Shown here in pieces: positions 1 to 11,123 of a stretch of DNA of 64,000 bases. Source of the stretch: Escherichia coli (lineage in GTDB: Bacteria; Pseudomonadota; Gammaproteobacteria; Enterobacterales; Enterobacteriaceae); assembly GCF_030013595.1 (NCBI RefSeq), contig NZ_CP122768.1; one strand, written 5' to 3'. The number at the start of each line of letters is the position of its first letter. Position 1 is the stretch's first letter. The position numbers and the translations under genes are program-made. The notes under the pieces were generated by a model that was not told the origin of the DNA, made no database searches, and was given only the letters and a program-made list of their open reading frames with translations.

Positions 1-98
1 TTGTGCTGAGCAATGGCACACTTGTTCCGGGTTACCAGCCGCCGAAAGACATGAAAGAATTCCTCGACGAACACCAAAAAATGACCAGCGGTAAATAA
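1..98 (+). CDS. dsbC: Thiol:disulfide interchange protein DsbC, 3' end only (partial, in frame from position 3)
   Basis: Translation ends ...VLSNGTLVPGYQPPKDMKEFLDEHQKMTSGK then TAA at 96-98; lies immediately upstream of recJ as in E. coli. Confidence 0.6.
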   Translation, partial: VLSNGTLVPGYQPPKDMKEFLDEHQKMTSGK

Positions 99-103
99 TT
101 CGC

Positions 104-1837
104 GTGAAACAACAGATACAACTTCGTCGCCGTGAAGTCGATGAAACGGCAGACTTGCCCGCGGAATTGCCTCCCTTGCTGCACCGTTTATACGCCAGCC
201 GGGGAGTGCGCAGTGCGCAAGAACTGGAACGCAGTGTTAAAGGTATGCTGCCCTGGCAGCAACTGAGCGGCGTCGAAAAGGCCGTTGAGATCCTTTACAA
301 CGCTTTTCGCGAAGGAACGCGGATTATTGTGGTCGGTGATTTCGACGCCGACGGTGCCACCAGCACGGCTCTAAGCGTGCTGGCGATGCGCTCGCTTGGT
401 TGCAGCAATATCGACTACCTGGTTCCAAACCGTTTCGAAGACGGTTACGGTTTAAGTCCGGAAGTGGTCGATCAGGCCCATGCCCGTGGCGCGCAGTTAA
501 TTGTCACGGTGGATAACGGTATTTCCTCCCATACAGGGGTTGAACACGCTCGTTCGTTGGGCATTCCGGTTATTGTTACCGATCACCATTTGCCGGGCGA
601 AACATTACCCGCGGCGGAAGCGATCATTAACCCTAACTTGCGCGACTGCAATTTCCCGTCGAAATCACTGGCAGGTGTGGGGGTGGCGTTTTATCTGATG
701 CTGGCGCTGCGCACCTTTTTGCGCGATCGGGGCTGGTTTGATGAACGCTGCATCGCAATTCCTAACCTGGCAGAACTGCTGGATCTGGTGGCGCTGGGGA
801 CTGTGGCAGACGTGGTGCCGCTGGACGCTAATAACCGTATTCTGACCTGGCAGGGGATGAGCCGCATCCGCGCCGGGAAGTGCCGTCCAGGGATTAAAGC
901 GCTGCTTGAAGTGGCCAACCGTGATGCGCAAAAACTCGCCGCCAGCGATTTAGGTTTTGCGCTGGGGCCACGTCTCAATGCTGCCGGGCGACTGGATGAT
1001 ATGTCCGTTGGTGTGGCGCTGTTGCTGTGCGACAACATCGGTGAAGCGCGCGTGCTGGCAAATGAACTCGATGCGCTAAACCAGACGCGAAAAGAGATCG
1101 AACAGGGAATGCAGGCTGAAGCCCTGACCCTGTGCGAGAAACTGGAACGCAGCCGTGACACGCTACCCGGCGGGCTGGCAATGTATCACCCTGAATGGCA
1201 TCAGGGCGTTGTTGGCATTCTGGCATCGCGTATCAAAGAGCGTTTTCACCGTCCGGTTATCGCCTTTGCCCCTGCGGGCGACGGTACGCTGAAAGGTTCT
1301 GGTCGTTCCATTCAGGGGTTGCATATGCGCGATGCGCTGGAGCGGCTGGACACGCTCTACCCCGGCATGATGCTGAAGTTTGGCGGTCATGCGATGGCGG
1401 CGGGTTTGTCGCTGGAAGAGGATAAATTCGAACTCTTTCAACAACGGTTTGGCGAACTGGTGACTGAGTGGCTGGACCCTTCGCTATTGCAAGGCGAAGT
1501 GGTGTCAGACGGTCCGTTAAGTCCGGCCGAAATGACCATGGAAGTGGCGCAGCTGCTGCGCGATGCTGGCCCGTGGGGGCAGATGTTCCCGGAGCCGCTG
1601 TTTGACGGTCATTTCCGTCTGCTGCAACAGCGGCTGGTGGGCGAGCGTCATTTGAAAGTCATGGTCGAGCCGGTCGGCGGCGGTCCGCTGCTGGATGGTA
1701 TTGCTTTCAATGTCGATACCGCCCTCTGGCCGGATAACGGCGTGCGCGAAGTGCAACTGGCTTACAAGCTCGATATCAACGAGTTTCGCGGCAACCGAAG
1801 CCTGCAAATTATCATCGACAATATCTGGCCAATTTAG
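104..1837 (+). CDS. recJ: Single-stranded-DNA-specific exonuclease RecJ
   Basis: 577-aa ORF with GTG start; N-terminus MKQQIQLRRREVDETADLPAELPP and DHH motifs match recalled RecJ. Confidence 0.95.
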   Translation: MKQQIQLRRREVDETADLPAELPPLLHRLYASRGVRSAQELERSVKGMLPWQQLSGVEKAVEILYNAFREGTRIIVVGDFDADGATSTALSVLAMRSLGCSNIDYLVPNRFEDGYGLSPEVVDQAHARGAQLIVTVDNGISSHTGVEHARSLGIPVIVTDHHLPGETLPAAEAIINPNLRDCNFPSKSLAGVGVAFYLMLALRTFLRDRGWFDERCIAIPNLAELLDLVALGTVADVVPLDANNRILTWQGMSRIRAGKCRPGIKALLEVANRDAQKLAASDLGFALGPRLNAAGRLDDMSVGVALLLCDNIGEARVLANELDALNQTRKEIEQGMQAEALTLCEKLERSRDTLPGGLAMYHPEWHQGVVGILASRIKERFHRPVIAFAPAGDGTLKGSGRSIQGLHMRDALERLDTLYPGMMLKFGGHAMAAGLSLEEDKFELFQQRFGELVTEWLDPSLLQGEVVSDGPLSPAEMTMEVAQLLRDAGPWGQMFPEPLFDGHFRLLQQRLVGERHLKVMVEPVGGGPLLDGIAFNVDTALWPDNGVREVQLAYKLDINEFRGNRSLQIIIDNIWPI

Positions 1838-1927
1838 CGTCATATTCTCTATAAAAAAGAGCGTGGATTGGGTACAATCCCGCTCTTATCACCGCATTTT
1901 GACTAGCTCAATAAAAGAAATCAGACC

Positions 1928-3026
1928 ATGTTTGAAATTAATCCGGTAAATAATCGCATTCAGGACCTCACGGAACGCTCCGACGTTCTTAGGGGGTATC
2001 TTTGACTATGACGCCAAGAAAGAGCGTCTGGAAGAAGTAAACGCCGAGCTGGAACAGCCGGATGTCTGGAACGAACCCGAACGCGCACAGGCGCTGGGTA
2101 AAGAGCGTTCCTCCCTCGAAGCCGTTGTCGATACCCTCGACCAAATGAAACAGGGGCTGGAAGATGTTTCTGGTCTGCTGGAACTGGCTGTAGAAGCTGA
2201 CGACGAAGAAACCTTTAACGAAGCCGTTGCTGAACTCGACGCTCTGGAAGAAAAACTGGCGCAGCTTGAGTTCCGCCGTATGTTCTCTGGCGAATATGAC
2301 AGCGCCGACTGCTACCTCGATATTCAGGCTGGGTCTGGCGGTACGGAAGCACAGGACTGGGCGAGCATGCTTGAGCGTATGTATCTGCGCTGGGCAGAAT
2401 CGCGTGGTTTCAAAACTGAAATCATCGAAGAGTCGGAAGGTGAAGTGGCGGGTATTAAATCCGTAACGATCAAAATCTCCGGCGATTACGCTTACGGCTG
2501 GCTGCGTACAGAAACTGGCGTTCACCGCCTGGTGCGTAAGAGCCCGTTTGACTCCGGCGGTCGTCGCCACACGTCGTTCAGCTCCGCGTTTGTTTACCCG
2601 GAAGTTGATGACGATATCGATATCGAAATCAATCCGGCGGATCTGCGCATTGACGTTTATCGCGCGTCCGGCGCGGGCGGTCAGCACGTTAACCGTACCG
2701 AATCTGCGGTGCGTATTACTCACATCCCGACCGGGATCGTGACTCAGTGCCAGAACGACCGTTCCCAGCACAAGAACAAAGACCAGGCCATGAAGCAGAT
2801 GAAAGCGAAGCTTTATGAACTGGAGATGCAGAAGAAAAATGCCGAGAAACAGGCGATGGAAGACAATAAATCCGACATCGGCTGGGGCAGCCAGATTCGT
2901 TCTTATGTCCTTGATGACTCCCGCATTAAAGATCTGCGTACCGGGGTAGAAACCCGCAACACGCAGGCCGTGCTGGACGGCAGCCTGGATCAATTTATCG
3001 AAGCAAGTTTGAAAGCAGGGTTATGA
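1928..3026 (+). CDS. prfB: Peptide chain release factor 2, expressed by programmed +1 frameshift at 2000-2006
   Basis: Frame 0 gives [25 protein letters not shown] then in-frame TGA at 2003-2005; the +1 frame continues [12 protein letters not shown]... to the stop at 3026. Contains the SPF and GGQ motifs. Confidence 0.92.
1991..2006 (+). promoter_or_regulatory. prfB autoregulatory +1 frameshift site (internal Shine-Dalgarno AGGGGG, then CTT TGA C)
   Basis: Sequence AGGGGGTATCTTTGAC read directly; matches the classic RF2 recoding signal. Confidence 0.9.
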
Positions 3027-3035
3027 GGAACCAAC

Positions 3036-4553
3036 ATGTCTGAACAACACGCACAGGGCGCTGACGCGGTAGTCGATCTTAACAATGAACTGAAAACGCG
3101 TCGTGAGAAGCTGGCGAACCTGCGCGAGCAGGGGATTGCCTTCCCGAACGATTTCCGTCGCGATCATACCTCTGACCAATTGCACGCAGAATTCGACGGT
3201 AAAGAGAACGAAGAACTGGAAGCGCTGAACATCGAAGTCGCCGTTGCTGGCCGCATGATGACCCGTCGTATTATGGGTAAAGCGTCTTTCGTTACCCTGC
3301 AGGACGTTGGCGGTCGCATTCAGCTGTACGTTGCCCGTGACGATCTGCCGGAAGGCGTTTATAACGATCAATTCAAAAAATGGGACCTTGGCGATATCCT
3401 CGGTGCGAAAGGTAAGCTGTTCAAAACCAAAACCGGCGAATTGTCTATCCACTGCACCGAGCTGCGTCTGCTGACCAAAGCACTGCGTCCGCTGCCGGAC
3501 AAATTCCACGGCTTGCAGGATCAGGAAGCGCGCTATCGTCAGCGTTATTTGGATCTCATCTCTAACGATGAATCCCGCAACACCTTTAAAGTGCGCTCGC
3601 AGATCCTCTCTGGTATTCGCCAGTTCATGGTGAACCGCGGCTTTATGGAAGTTGAAACGCCGATGATGCAGGTGATCCCAGGCGGTGCCGCTGCGCGTCC
3701 GTTTATCACCCACCATAATGCGCTGGATCTCGACATGTACCTGCGTATCGCGCCGGAACTGTACCTCAAGCGTCTGGTGGTCGGTGGCTTCGAGCGTGTA
3801 TTCGAAATCAACCGTAACTTCCGTAACGAAGGTATTTCCGTACGTCATAACCCAGAGTTCACCATGATGGAACTCTATATGGCTTACGCAGATTACAAAG
3901 ATCTGATCGAGCTGACCGAATCGCTGTTCCGTACTCTGGCACAGGATATTCTCGGTAAGACGGAAGTGACCTACGGCGACGTGACGCTGGACTTCGGTAA
4001 ACCGTTCGAAAAACTGACCATGCGTGAAGCGATCAAGAAATATCGCCCGGAAACCGACATGGCAGATCTGGACAACTTCGACTCTGCGAAAGCGATTGCT
4101 GAATCTATCGGCATCCACGTTGAGAAGAGTTGGGGTCTGGGCCGTATCGTTACCGAGATCTTCGAAGAAGTGGCAGAAGCACATCTGATTCAGCCGACCT
4201 TCATTACTGAATATCCGGCAGAAGTTTCTCCGCTGGCGCGTCGTAACGACGTTAACCCGGAAATCACTGACCGCTTTGAGTTCTTTATCGGTGGTCGTGA
4301 AATCGGTAACGGCTTTAGCGAGCTGAATGACGCGGAAGATCAGGCGCAACGCTTCCTGGATCAGGTTGCCGCGAAAGACGCAGGCGACGACGAAGCGATG
4401 TTCTACGACGAAGATTATGTCACCGCACTGGAACATGGCTTACCGCCGACAGCAGGTCTGGGAATTGGTATCGACCGTATGGTAATGCTGTTCACCAACA
4501 GCCATACCATCCGCGACGTTATTCTGTTCCCGGCGATGCGTCCGGTGAAATAA
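3036..4553 (+). CDS. lysS: Lysine--tRNA ligase (constitutive)
   Basis: 505-aa ORF; class II aaRS motifs; N-terminus [33 protein letters not shown] matches recalled LysS. Confidence 0.95.
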   Translation: MSEQHAQGADAVVDLNNELKTRREKLANLREQGIAFPNDFRRDHTSDQLHAEFDGKENEELEALNIEVAVAGRMMTRRIMGKASFVTLQDVGGRIQLYVARDDLPEGVYNDQFKKWDLGDILGAKGKLFKTKTGELSIHCTELRLLTKALRPLPDKFHGLQDQEARYRQRYLDLISNDESRNTFKVRSQILSGIRQFMVNRGFMEVETPMMQVIPGGAAARPFITHHNALDLDMYLRIAPELYLKRLVVGGFERVFEINRNFRNEGISVRHNPEFTMMELYMAYADYKDLIELTESLFRTLAQDILGKTEVTYGDVTLDFGKPFEKLTMREAIKKYRPETDMADLDNFDSAKAIAESIGIHVEKSWGLGRIVTEIFEEVAEAHLIQPTFITEYPAEVSPLARRNDVNPEITDRFEFFIGGREIGNGFSELNDAEDQAQRFLDQVAAKDAGDDEAMFYDEDYVTALEHGLPPTAGLGIGIDRMVMLFTNSHTIRDVILFPAMRPVK

Positions 4554-4573
4554 GCATTACGTTATGCTCACAA

Positions 4574-4597
4574 CCCCGGCAAATGTCGGGGTTTTTT
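4574..4597 (+). terminator. Rho-independent terminator after lysS (overlaps the idi stop codon)
   Basis: Hairpin CCCCGGCAAATGTCGGGG followed by a T6 run. Confidence 0.7.
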
Positions 4598-5144
4598 AAT
4601 TGTGCTGCGCGAAAGCAGACAACAATTTTCTTGCTTCACTATTGGCTGCCTGCATCACCATCCACGGACTGAACGCCCACGGTGTGGCATCAATACCGTG
4701 TAATACATCTGCTAAATCACACCATTGATAATCCATCACTTCATCATCATTGATCTGTAACGCACTGGTCGTGCGTGCGGCAAATACCGGACACACTTCA
4801 TTTTCCACAATGCCATTCGGATCGGTGGCGCGGTAGCGAAAGTCAGGATAGATAGATTCAGGAGGCGTAATTTCCACGCCAAGCTCATAACGGCAACGGC
4901 GGATCACTGCGTCTTCGTTGCTTTCTCCCAGTTGTGGGTGCCCACAAACCGAGTTAGTCCACACGCCAGGCCATGCTTTTTTGCTCAGTGCGCGGCGGGT
5001 AACTAATAATTGCCCTTTGGCATTAAACAGCCAACTGGAGAACGCGAGATGTAAGAGAGTGTCTGCCGTGTGTGCGGCATACTTTTCCAGCGTACCCGTG
5101 GGAACTCCCTGTGCATTCAATAAAATGACGTGTTCCGTTTGCAT
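4596..5144 (-). CDS. idi: Isopentenyl-diphosphate delta-isomerase (Nudix fold)
   Basis: 182-aa [28 protein letters not shown]...; matches recalled Idi. Confidence 0.93.
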   Translation of the reverse strand: MQTEHVILLNAQGVPTGTLEKYAAHTADTLLHLAFSSWLFNAKGQLLVTRRALSKKAWPGVWTNSVCGHPQLGESNEDAVIRRCRYELGVEITPPESIYPDFRYRATDPNGIVENEVCPVFAARTTSALQINDDEVMDYQWCDLADVLHGIDATPWAFSPWMVMQAANSEARKLLSAFAQHN

Positions 5145-5266
5145 AATTTCTCACATGTAATTCTAATCACTCATCATTATAGATAATTGAAGAGTGAAAT
5201 GATTAACCAAGTGAGCGTTTATCGACAACCGCCCGTTTTGAGCGGATGTCGACAGGTAAAAACCAT

Positions 5267-5392
5267 TTAAAAAAGCAGCATCATATATTTGAAGCGACTT
5301 TCAATGGCCATTGCAACACAGTCAGAAATGACAGGAATAGAGAGAGTAAAAAGCAACAACAGACTGAATATAGCGCGCATTAAAAGATTCAT
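5267..5392 (-). CDS. yqfG: Small hydrophobic protein (41 aa), YqfG-like
   Basis: Hand-translated minus-strand ORF MNLLMRAIFSLLLLFTLSIPVISDCVAMAIESRFKYMMLLF; ATG sits 1 nt after the uacT stop (TAATATG). Below the ORF-track size cut-off. Confidence 0.4.
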   Translation of the reverse strand: MNLLMRAIFSLLLLFTLSIPVISDCVAMAIESRFKYMMLLF

Positions 5393-5393
5393 A

Positions 5394-6842
5394 TTATTCT
5401 CCATGCTCATTTTTCTTCAGCTTGCGCATCAGAAGCCACATACGTACTGTCCTGACTTTTAAATCTTTATCAGAGACGGATTCCTTCACCAGATCAGCAT
5501 GATGCTGATAGCCATTAAAGAAGACGTTCAGCACAACGGCGCTAAGGGTTGCGAGCATAATGCCGCTATGCAGCAACGGTTGCAGTACGGCCGGTAACTT
5601 AGAAAAGAAATCGTGAGAGAGCGTCGGAGTCATGCCAACGCCGAGACTGATCGCCACAATATAGAGGTTGTAACGGTTGGTGGTGTAGTTACAGCGCGAC
5701 AGAATTCGAATTCCTGTCGCCAGTACCATGCCGAACATCACCAGCCCAGCACCGCCCAGCACAAATTGCGGAATGGAGGCGACCAGCACCGCCATTTTTG
5801 GCACCATGCCAAACAGGATTAATATAATTCCCGAAGAAATACACACCCAGCGGCTATGAACGCGCGTCACGCTAACCAGGCCAACGTTTTGTGAAAATGA
5901 CGTGTGGGGGAAGCTGTTAAACGTTCCGCCTATCATTGTCCCTACGCCATCGACACGCAGCCCGCGAATAATATCGTGTGAAGAGAGTTTACGACCGACT
6001 ATTTCACCCAGTGCCAGGAACATCCCCATCGACTCGATAAACACGATGATTAACACGGCAGTCATGGTCAGAATGGAAACGGGATCGAAAATCGGCATAC
6101 CAAATGACATCGGCGTGACAATCGCAAACCATGAAGCATCATGTAGCCCGGATAAATTGACTTCATTCATCATCCACGAAAGTAAAAAGCCAAATACAAT
6201 CCCCAGTAATACGGCGACGTTGGACATAAATCCTTTCGCATAGCGAGTAATGAGCAAGATAAAAATTAAGACGGCAAAGGAGATACCTAAATAAACGGGA
6301 TTACCATATTGCGGATTCCCTTTACCTCCTGCGGCCCAGTCAATACCCACCTGAATGATGCTAAGTCCGATAGAAGTAATAACCACACCGGTAACCAGTG
6401 GTGGGAATAAAGGCATCAAGCGACCGATAAGTGGCGCTAATAATGTGGTGATAAAACCCGCGGCGATAGTGGCACCAAATATCCCCAGCAGGCCGATATC
6501 CGGGTTCATCCCAATGGCTATCATTGGTGTTACAGCGGCGAAGGTCACCGACATAATCACCGGCAGGCGGATCCCCATAAAGCGGCCGATACCGATACAT
6601 TGCAATAATGTGACGATCCCGCAGCAAAAGAGATCCGAGCTAATGAGCATCGCAATAGCTTCTTTTGAGAGGCCCAGTCGGTCAGCAATCATAAGAGGAA
6701 CAGCGACTGCACCTGCGTACATGACAAGGACGTGTTGCAGACCGAGTATGATCAGCTTTCCTGGTGATAATATGCGGTCAACCTCATCAGTTGGGCGGTC
6801 TTGCCCTGAAGATGAGGGAAGTTGGGAATCTATGGCGCTCAT
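5394..6842 (-). CDS. uacT: Uric acid / xanthine permease, NCS2 family
   Basis: Long ORF 5394-6971; start placed at MSAIDSQLPSSSG (ATG 6842-6840) behind an AGGAG Shine-Dalgarno, giving 482 aa; polytopic membrane protein. Confidence 0.88.
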   Translation of the reverse strand: MSAIDSQLPSSSGQDRPTDEVDRILSPGKLIILGLQHVLVMYAGAVAVPLMIADRLGLSKEAIAMLISSDLFCCGIVTLLQCIGIGRFMGIRLPVIMSVTFAAVTPMIAIGMNPDIGLLGIFGATIAAGFITTLLAPLIGRLMPLFPPLVTGVVITSIGLSIIQVGIDWAAGGKGNPQYGNPVYLGISFAVLIFILLITRYAKGFMSNVAVLLGIVFGFLLSWMMNEVNLSGLHDASWFAIVTPMSFGMPIFDPVSILTMTAVLIIVFIESMGMFLALGEIVGRKLSSHDIIRGLRVDGVGTMIGGTFNSFPHTSFSQNVGLVSVTRVHSRWVCISSGIILILFGMVPKMAVLVASIPQFVLGGAGLVMFGMVLATGIRILSRCNYTTNRYNLYIVAISLGVGMTPTLSHDFFSKLPAVLQPLLHSGIMLATLSAVVLNVFFNGYQHHADLVKESVSDKDLKVRTVRMWLLMRKLKKNEHGE

Positions 6843-7277
6843 CAGTGTTTCTCCTTTCGCCCGCCAGAGTAAAAAGCAACCGTTTACGTTAATGAAACTG
6901 TCTAAACACATGCTCGTGGAGTGCCAGTTTTTGCGAGGAAGGGGAGTTAGAGACAGGAATTGCGGAGGCAATCACATAATCGTGGTTAAACCACGAAAAT
7001 GAGAAGAGAACCTGACAATGGAATTATCTGTAATTTTCTCATATTGATATTTCATTAATCATTCTGGCATGTCGCACTCTCGCATTTAATCGTTTTTATC
7101 TGGATAGCGCTCTTTTGGTCGGCAATGTTGAAATAATGAAAGCGGCACAGATTGAGGGGCAATAATTTGAACTCAGTCGCAAAATTATAATTAAATCGGC
7201 CATGCTACCTAATATATGCCCATTTATTGCATCGCGAAATTTGAGAAGACATAACTCATTAAATGAAAGGGATGCAA

Positions 7278-9197
7278 ATGAATAAGTTTATCGCTGCTGA
7301 AGCTGCGGAATGTATAGGCTGTCATGCTTGTGAAATTGCCTGTGCGATGGCACATAATCAAGAAAACTGGCCGCTGAGTCACAGTGACTTTCGACCGCGT
7401 ATCCACGTTGTAGGGAAAGGCCAGGCTGCGAATCCGGTGGCCTGCCATCACTGCAACAATGCCCCTTGCGTTACGGCTTGTCCGGTTAATGCTCTGACTT
7501 TCCAGCCCGATAGCGTACAACTGGACGAGCAAAAATGTATTGGTTGTAAAAGATGCGCAATCGCTTGCCCCTTTGGCGTCGTTGAGATGGTCGATACGAT
7601 TGCGCAGAAATGCGACCTTTGTAACCAGCGCAGTTCCGGCACGCAAGCCTGTATTGAAGTCTGCTCAACACAGGCGTTACGGCTGATGGACGATAAAGGG
7701 TTGCAGCAGATAAAGGTGGCCCGCCAGCGCAAAACGGCAGCAGGAAAAGCGTCATCAGATGCTCAGCCATCTCGCAGGGCAGCGTTGCTCCCCGTTAACT
7801 CGCGTAAAGGCGCAGATAAAATTTCAGCGAGTGAACGGAAAACCCACTTTGGCGAAATTTATTGCGGGCTGGATCCACAACAAGCGACTTATGAGAGTGA
7901 CCGCTGTGTTTATTGCGCCGAAAAAGCTAACTGCAACTGGCATTGCCCGCTGCATAACGCTATTCCGGATTACATCCGTCTGGTACAGGAGGGAAAGATT
8001 ATTGAAGCGGCAGAACTTTGCCACCAGACCAGTTCCTTACCAGAAATCTGCGGAAGGGTATGCCCACAGGACCGTCTTTGTGAAGGCGCATGTACTTTGA
8101 AAGATCACTCTGGCGCAGTCTCTATCGGGAATCTGGAACGCTACATCACCGATACCGCGCTGGCGATGGGCTGGCGTCCCGATGTCAGCAAAGTTGTTCC
8201 CCGTAGCGAAAAAGTGGCGGTGATTGGCGCTGGGCCTGCAGGGTTAGGATGTGCTGATATTCTGGCGCGCGCAGGAGTTCAGGTTGATGTCTTTGATCGC
8301 CATCCAGAAATTGGCGGTATGCTGACTTTTGGCATTCCTCCTTTCAAACTCGATAAAACGGTATTAAGCCAGCGGCGAGAGATATTCACCGCAATGGGAA
8401 TCGACTTTCATCTTAACTGTGAAATTGGCCGCGATATTACCTTTAGCGATTTAACTTCTGAATATGATGCAGTTTTCATCGGCGTGGGGACTTACGGGAT
8501 GATGCGAGCAGATCTGCCGCATGAAGATGCGCCCGGTGTCATTCAGGCTCTACCGTTCCTGACTGCCCATACCCGCCAGCTCATGGGGTTGCCGGAGTCT
8601 GAAGAGTATCCGCTGACGGATGTGGAAGGTAAGCGAGTCGTGGTATTGGGCGGTGGCGATACGACCATGGATTGTTTGCGGACTTCCATCCGCCTCAATG
8701 CCGCCAGCGTGACCTGCGCGTATCGTCGTGATGAAGTCAGTATGCCGGGCTCGCGCAAAGAGGTGGTCAATGCGCGCGAGGAAGGTGTCGAGTTTCAGTT
8801 CAATGTTCAGCCGCAATATATCGCTTGTGACGAAGATGGGCGTTTAACTGCGGTGGGCCTGATTCGTACAGCCATGGGTGAGCCGGGGCCGGATGGTCGC
8901 CGTCGTCCTCGTCCGGTAGCGGGTTCAGAGTTTGAATTGCCCGCCGATGTTCTCATTATGGCCTTTGGTTTCCAGGCGCATGCCATGCCGTGGTTGCAGG
9001 GCAGCGGAATTAAACTCGATAAATGGGGCCTGATTCAAACCGGTGACGTCGGGTATTTACCTACCCAGACGCATCTGAAAAAAGTCTTTGCTGGTGGTGA
9101 TGCTGTTCATGGCGCGGATCTGGTTGTCACTGCAATGGCCGCAGGAAGGCAGGCGGCGCGCGATATGTTAACTCTGTTTGATACGAAGGCATCGTGA
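7278..9197 (+). CDS. ygfT: Putative oxidoreductase YgfT: N-terminal 4Fe-4S ferredoxin domain fused to a GltD-like NAD(P)H/FAD domain
   Basis: CxxCxxCxxxCP clusters at the N-terminus and the GAGPAGL dinucleotide motif; start chosen at MNKFIAAEA (alternative ATG at 7263). Confidence 0.88.
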   Translation: MNKFIAAEAAECIGCHACEIACAMAHNQENWPLSHSDFRPRIHVVGKGQAANPVACHHCNNAPCVTACPVNALTFQPDSVQLDEQKCIGCKRCAIACPFGVVEMVDTIAQKCDLCNQRSSGTQACIEVCSTQALRLMDDKGLQQIKVARQRKTAAGKASSDAQPSRRAALLPVNSRKGADKISASERKTHFGEIYCGLDPQQATYESDRCVYCAEKANCNWHCPLHNAIPDYIRLVQEGKIIEAAELCHQTSSLPEICGRVCPQDRLCEGACTLKDHSGAVSIGNLERYITDTALAMGWRPDVSKVVPRSEKVAVIGAGPAGLGCADILARAGVQVDVFDRHPEIGGMLTFGIPPFKLDKTVLSQRREIFTAMGIDFHLNCEIGRDITFSDLTSEYDAVFIGVGTYGMMRADLPHEDAPGVIQALPFLTAHTRQLMGLPESEEYPLTDVEGKRVVVLGGGDTTMDCLRTSIRLNAASVTCAYRRDEVSMPGSRKEVVNAREEGVEFQFNVQPQYIACDEDGRLTAVGLIRTAMGEPGPDGRRRPRPVAGSEFELPADVLIMAFGFQAHAMPWLQGSGIKLDKWGLIQTGDVGYLPTQTHLKKVFAGGDAVHGADLVVTAMAAGRQAARDMLTLFDTKAS

Positions 9198-9685
9198 TGA
9201 AATCGTTAATTATCGTTAATCCGGCTGACTGTATTGGCTGCCGTACTTGTGAAGTAGCCTGTGTGGTCGCTCACCCTTCAGAACAGGAGTTGAATGCCGA
9301 TGTCTTTTTACCCCGGCTGAAGGTACAGCGACTGGACAGCATCAGTGCGCCGGTGATGTGCCATCAGTGTGAAAACGCCCCTTGTGTTAGCGCTTGCCCC
9401 GTGGGGGCGCTGACGATGGGCGAGCAGGTGGTGCAGGCCAATTCTGCCCGTTGTATTGGCTGTCAGAGTTGCGTCAGTGCGTGCCCGTTTGGGATGATAA
9501 CCATTCAGTCGTTGCCGGGGGATACCCGGCAACAAATTGTGAAATGCGATCTCTGTGAACAGCGGGAAGAGGGGCCAGCCTGCGTTGAATCTTGCCCAAC
9601 ACAGGCGCTGCAGTTGCTTACTGAAAGAGAACTCAGGCGAGTCCGCCAGCAGCGTATTGTTGCCAGCGGTGAGAATCCTCTCTGA
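9194..9685 (+). CDS. ygfS: 4Fe-4S ferredoxin-type protein YgfS
   Basis: 163-aa ORF with four Cys clusters; ATGA start/stop overlap with ygfT implies translational coupling. Confidence 0.88.
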   Translation: MMKSLIIVNPADCIGCRTCEVACVVAHPSEQELNADVFLPRLKVQRLDSISAPVMCHQCENAPCVSACPVGALTMGEQVVQANSARCIGCQSCVSACPFGMITIQSLPGDTRQQIVKCDLCEQREEGPACVESCPTQALQLLTERELRRVRQQRIVASGENPL

Positions 9686-9691
9686 AAGAAA

Positions 9692-9715
9692 TCTCCGCGC
9701 TGAAAGGCGCGGAGA
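9692..9715. terminator. Bidirectional hairpin terminator between convergent ygfS and ghxQ
   Basis: Inverted repeat TCTCCGCGC-tgaaag-GCGCGGAGA (9-bp stem). Confidence 0.6.
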
Positions 9716-9720
9716 ATCTA

Positions 9721-11088
9721 TTAGATTGCCCAACCACCCGCGTAAAATGCGACCAGTGCGGCAGTAATGATCACCGTACCAATATTCAGCTTTTGCCATT
9801 CGCGGGCAAAGACGCGGCCTACGACCAGTGTCACAAAGCCCAGCATAATACCGGTAACGATATTACAAGTCAGAACGATGAACACGGCACACACCAGGCC
9901 AGCCATTGCGTCAATAAAATCATTGAAATCCAGCTTCGAGACGTTACTTAACATCAGCAAACCTACGTACATCAGAGCGGGTGCAGTGGCGTAACCAGGG
10001 ATCAAAAATGACAACGGTGATAAGAACAAAATCAGCAGGAATAACGCCCCCACTACGGTTGCGGTCAACCCTGTTTTACCCCCGGCGGCGGTTCCTGCCG
10101 CTGATTCGATATAAACCGCTGCGGGCGCTGCGCCCACCAGGCCGGAGAATATTGAACTTACTGAGTCACTGGTCAGGGCTTTGCCGCCGTTGATGATCTG
10201 GTTGTCTTTATCCAACAAATTCGCCTGACCGGCGACGGCACGGATGGTACCAGTGGCGTCGAACACTGCGGTCATCACCAATGCTAGTACACTCGGAAGT
10301 ACAGTTGGCTGGAGTGCGCCCATAATATCGAGGCTGAAAATCAGAGACTTACCATCTTCGCCAGTCAGGCTTGGCATCGCCACCAGACCGTGGTATTTCA
10401 CCGCTGGATCAAAGATTAAGCCGATGATCGAAATTGCAATAATCACCAACAAGATCCCGCCTGGTACGCGGCACTTTTCCAGACCGAAGATGACCGCCAG
10501 CCCCAGCAAGCTCATCATCACCGGGAAGGAGGTAAACGCACCGAGCGCCACTGGCAAGCCTTCAATCGGGTTTTTGATAACCATTCCCACACCGTTAGCA
10601 GCAATCAGCAGCAGAAACAGGCCGATACCGATACCTGTACCGTGAGCTATCCCCATCGGTAAATTACGTAAGATCCAGGTACGCACACCGGTTACGGAAA
10701 TGGCGGTGAAGATGACGCCCATCAGAAAGACCGCGCCCAGTGCGACAGGAACGCTAATTTGTTGCCCGAGAACCAGACTGAATGCGGTAAACGCCGTCAA
10801 GGAAATCGCGCAACCAATCGCCATTGGCAAATTGGCCCATAATCCCATCAGCAACGAGCCGAAGCCCGCGACCAGACAGGTGGCAACAAACACAGCTGCG
10901 GGAGGAAAACCTGCTTTGCCCAGCATTCCCGGAACGACGATAACGGAATAAACCATGGCCAGAAAGGTCGTTAAGCCAGCCAGTACTTCCTGACGAACGG
11001 TACTGCCACGAGCGGTAATTTTAAAATAATTATCCAGCGCGCCCTGTGGCTTTGGTGCGTCCGGTGTTTGTAGGATGTCTCCAGACAT
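9721..11088 (-). CDS. ghxQ: Guanine/hypoxanthine permease, NCS2/AzgA-like
   Basis: 455-aa membrane protein, [34 protein letters not shown]... Confidence 0.9.
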   Translation of the reverse strand: MSGDILQTPDAPKPQGALDNYFKITARGSTVRQEVLAGLTTFLAMVYSVIVVPGMLGKAGFPPAAVFVATCLVAGFGSLLMGLWANLPMAIGCAISLTAFTAFSLVLGQQISVPVALGAVFLMGVIFTAISVTGVRTWILRNLPMGIAHGTGIGIGLFLLLIAANGVGMVIKNPIEGLPVALGAFTSFPVMMSLLGLAVIFGLEKCRVPGGILLVIIAISIIGLIFDPAVKYHGLVAMPSLTGEDGKSLIFSLDIMGALQPTVLPSVLALVMTAVFDATGTIRAVAGQANLLDKDNQIINGGKALTSDSVSSIFSGLVGAAPAAVYIESAAGTAAGGKTGLTATVVGALFLLILFLSPLSFLIPGYATAPALMYVGLLMLSNVSKLDFNDFIDAMAGLVCAVFIVLTCNIVTGIMLGFVTLVVGRVFAREWQKLNIGTVIITAALVAFYAGGWAI

Positions 11089-11123
11089 AATGATGTCCTC
11101 ACGAGGATGTTAAAGTTTTATTA

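Noticed and set aside
3021-4436. 471-aa minus-strand ORF
   Set aside because: It lies entirely antisense to lysS, which is unambiguous; the composition is typical of antisense read-through with no motif. The same applies to 1989-2993 (antisense to prfB), 7224-7770 (antisense to ygfT), 9308-9799 and 34478-34909.
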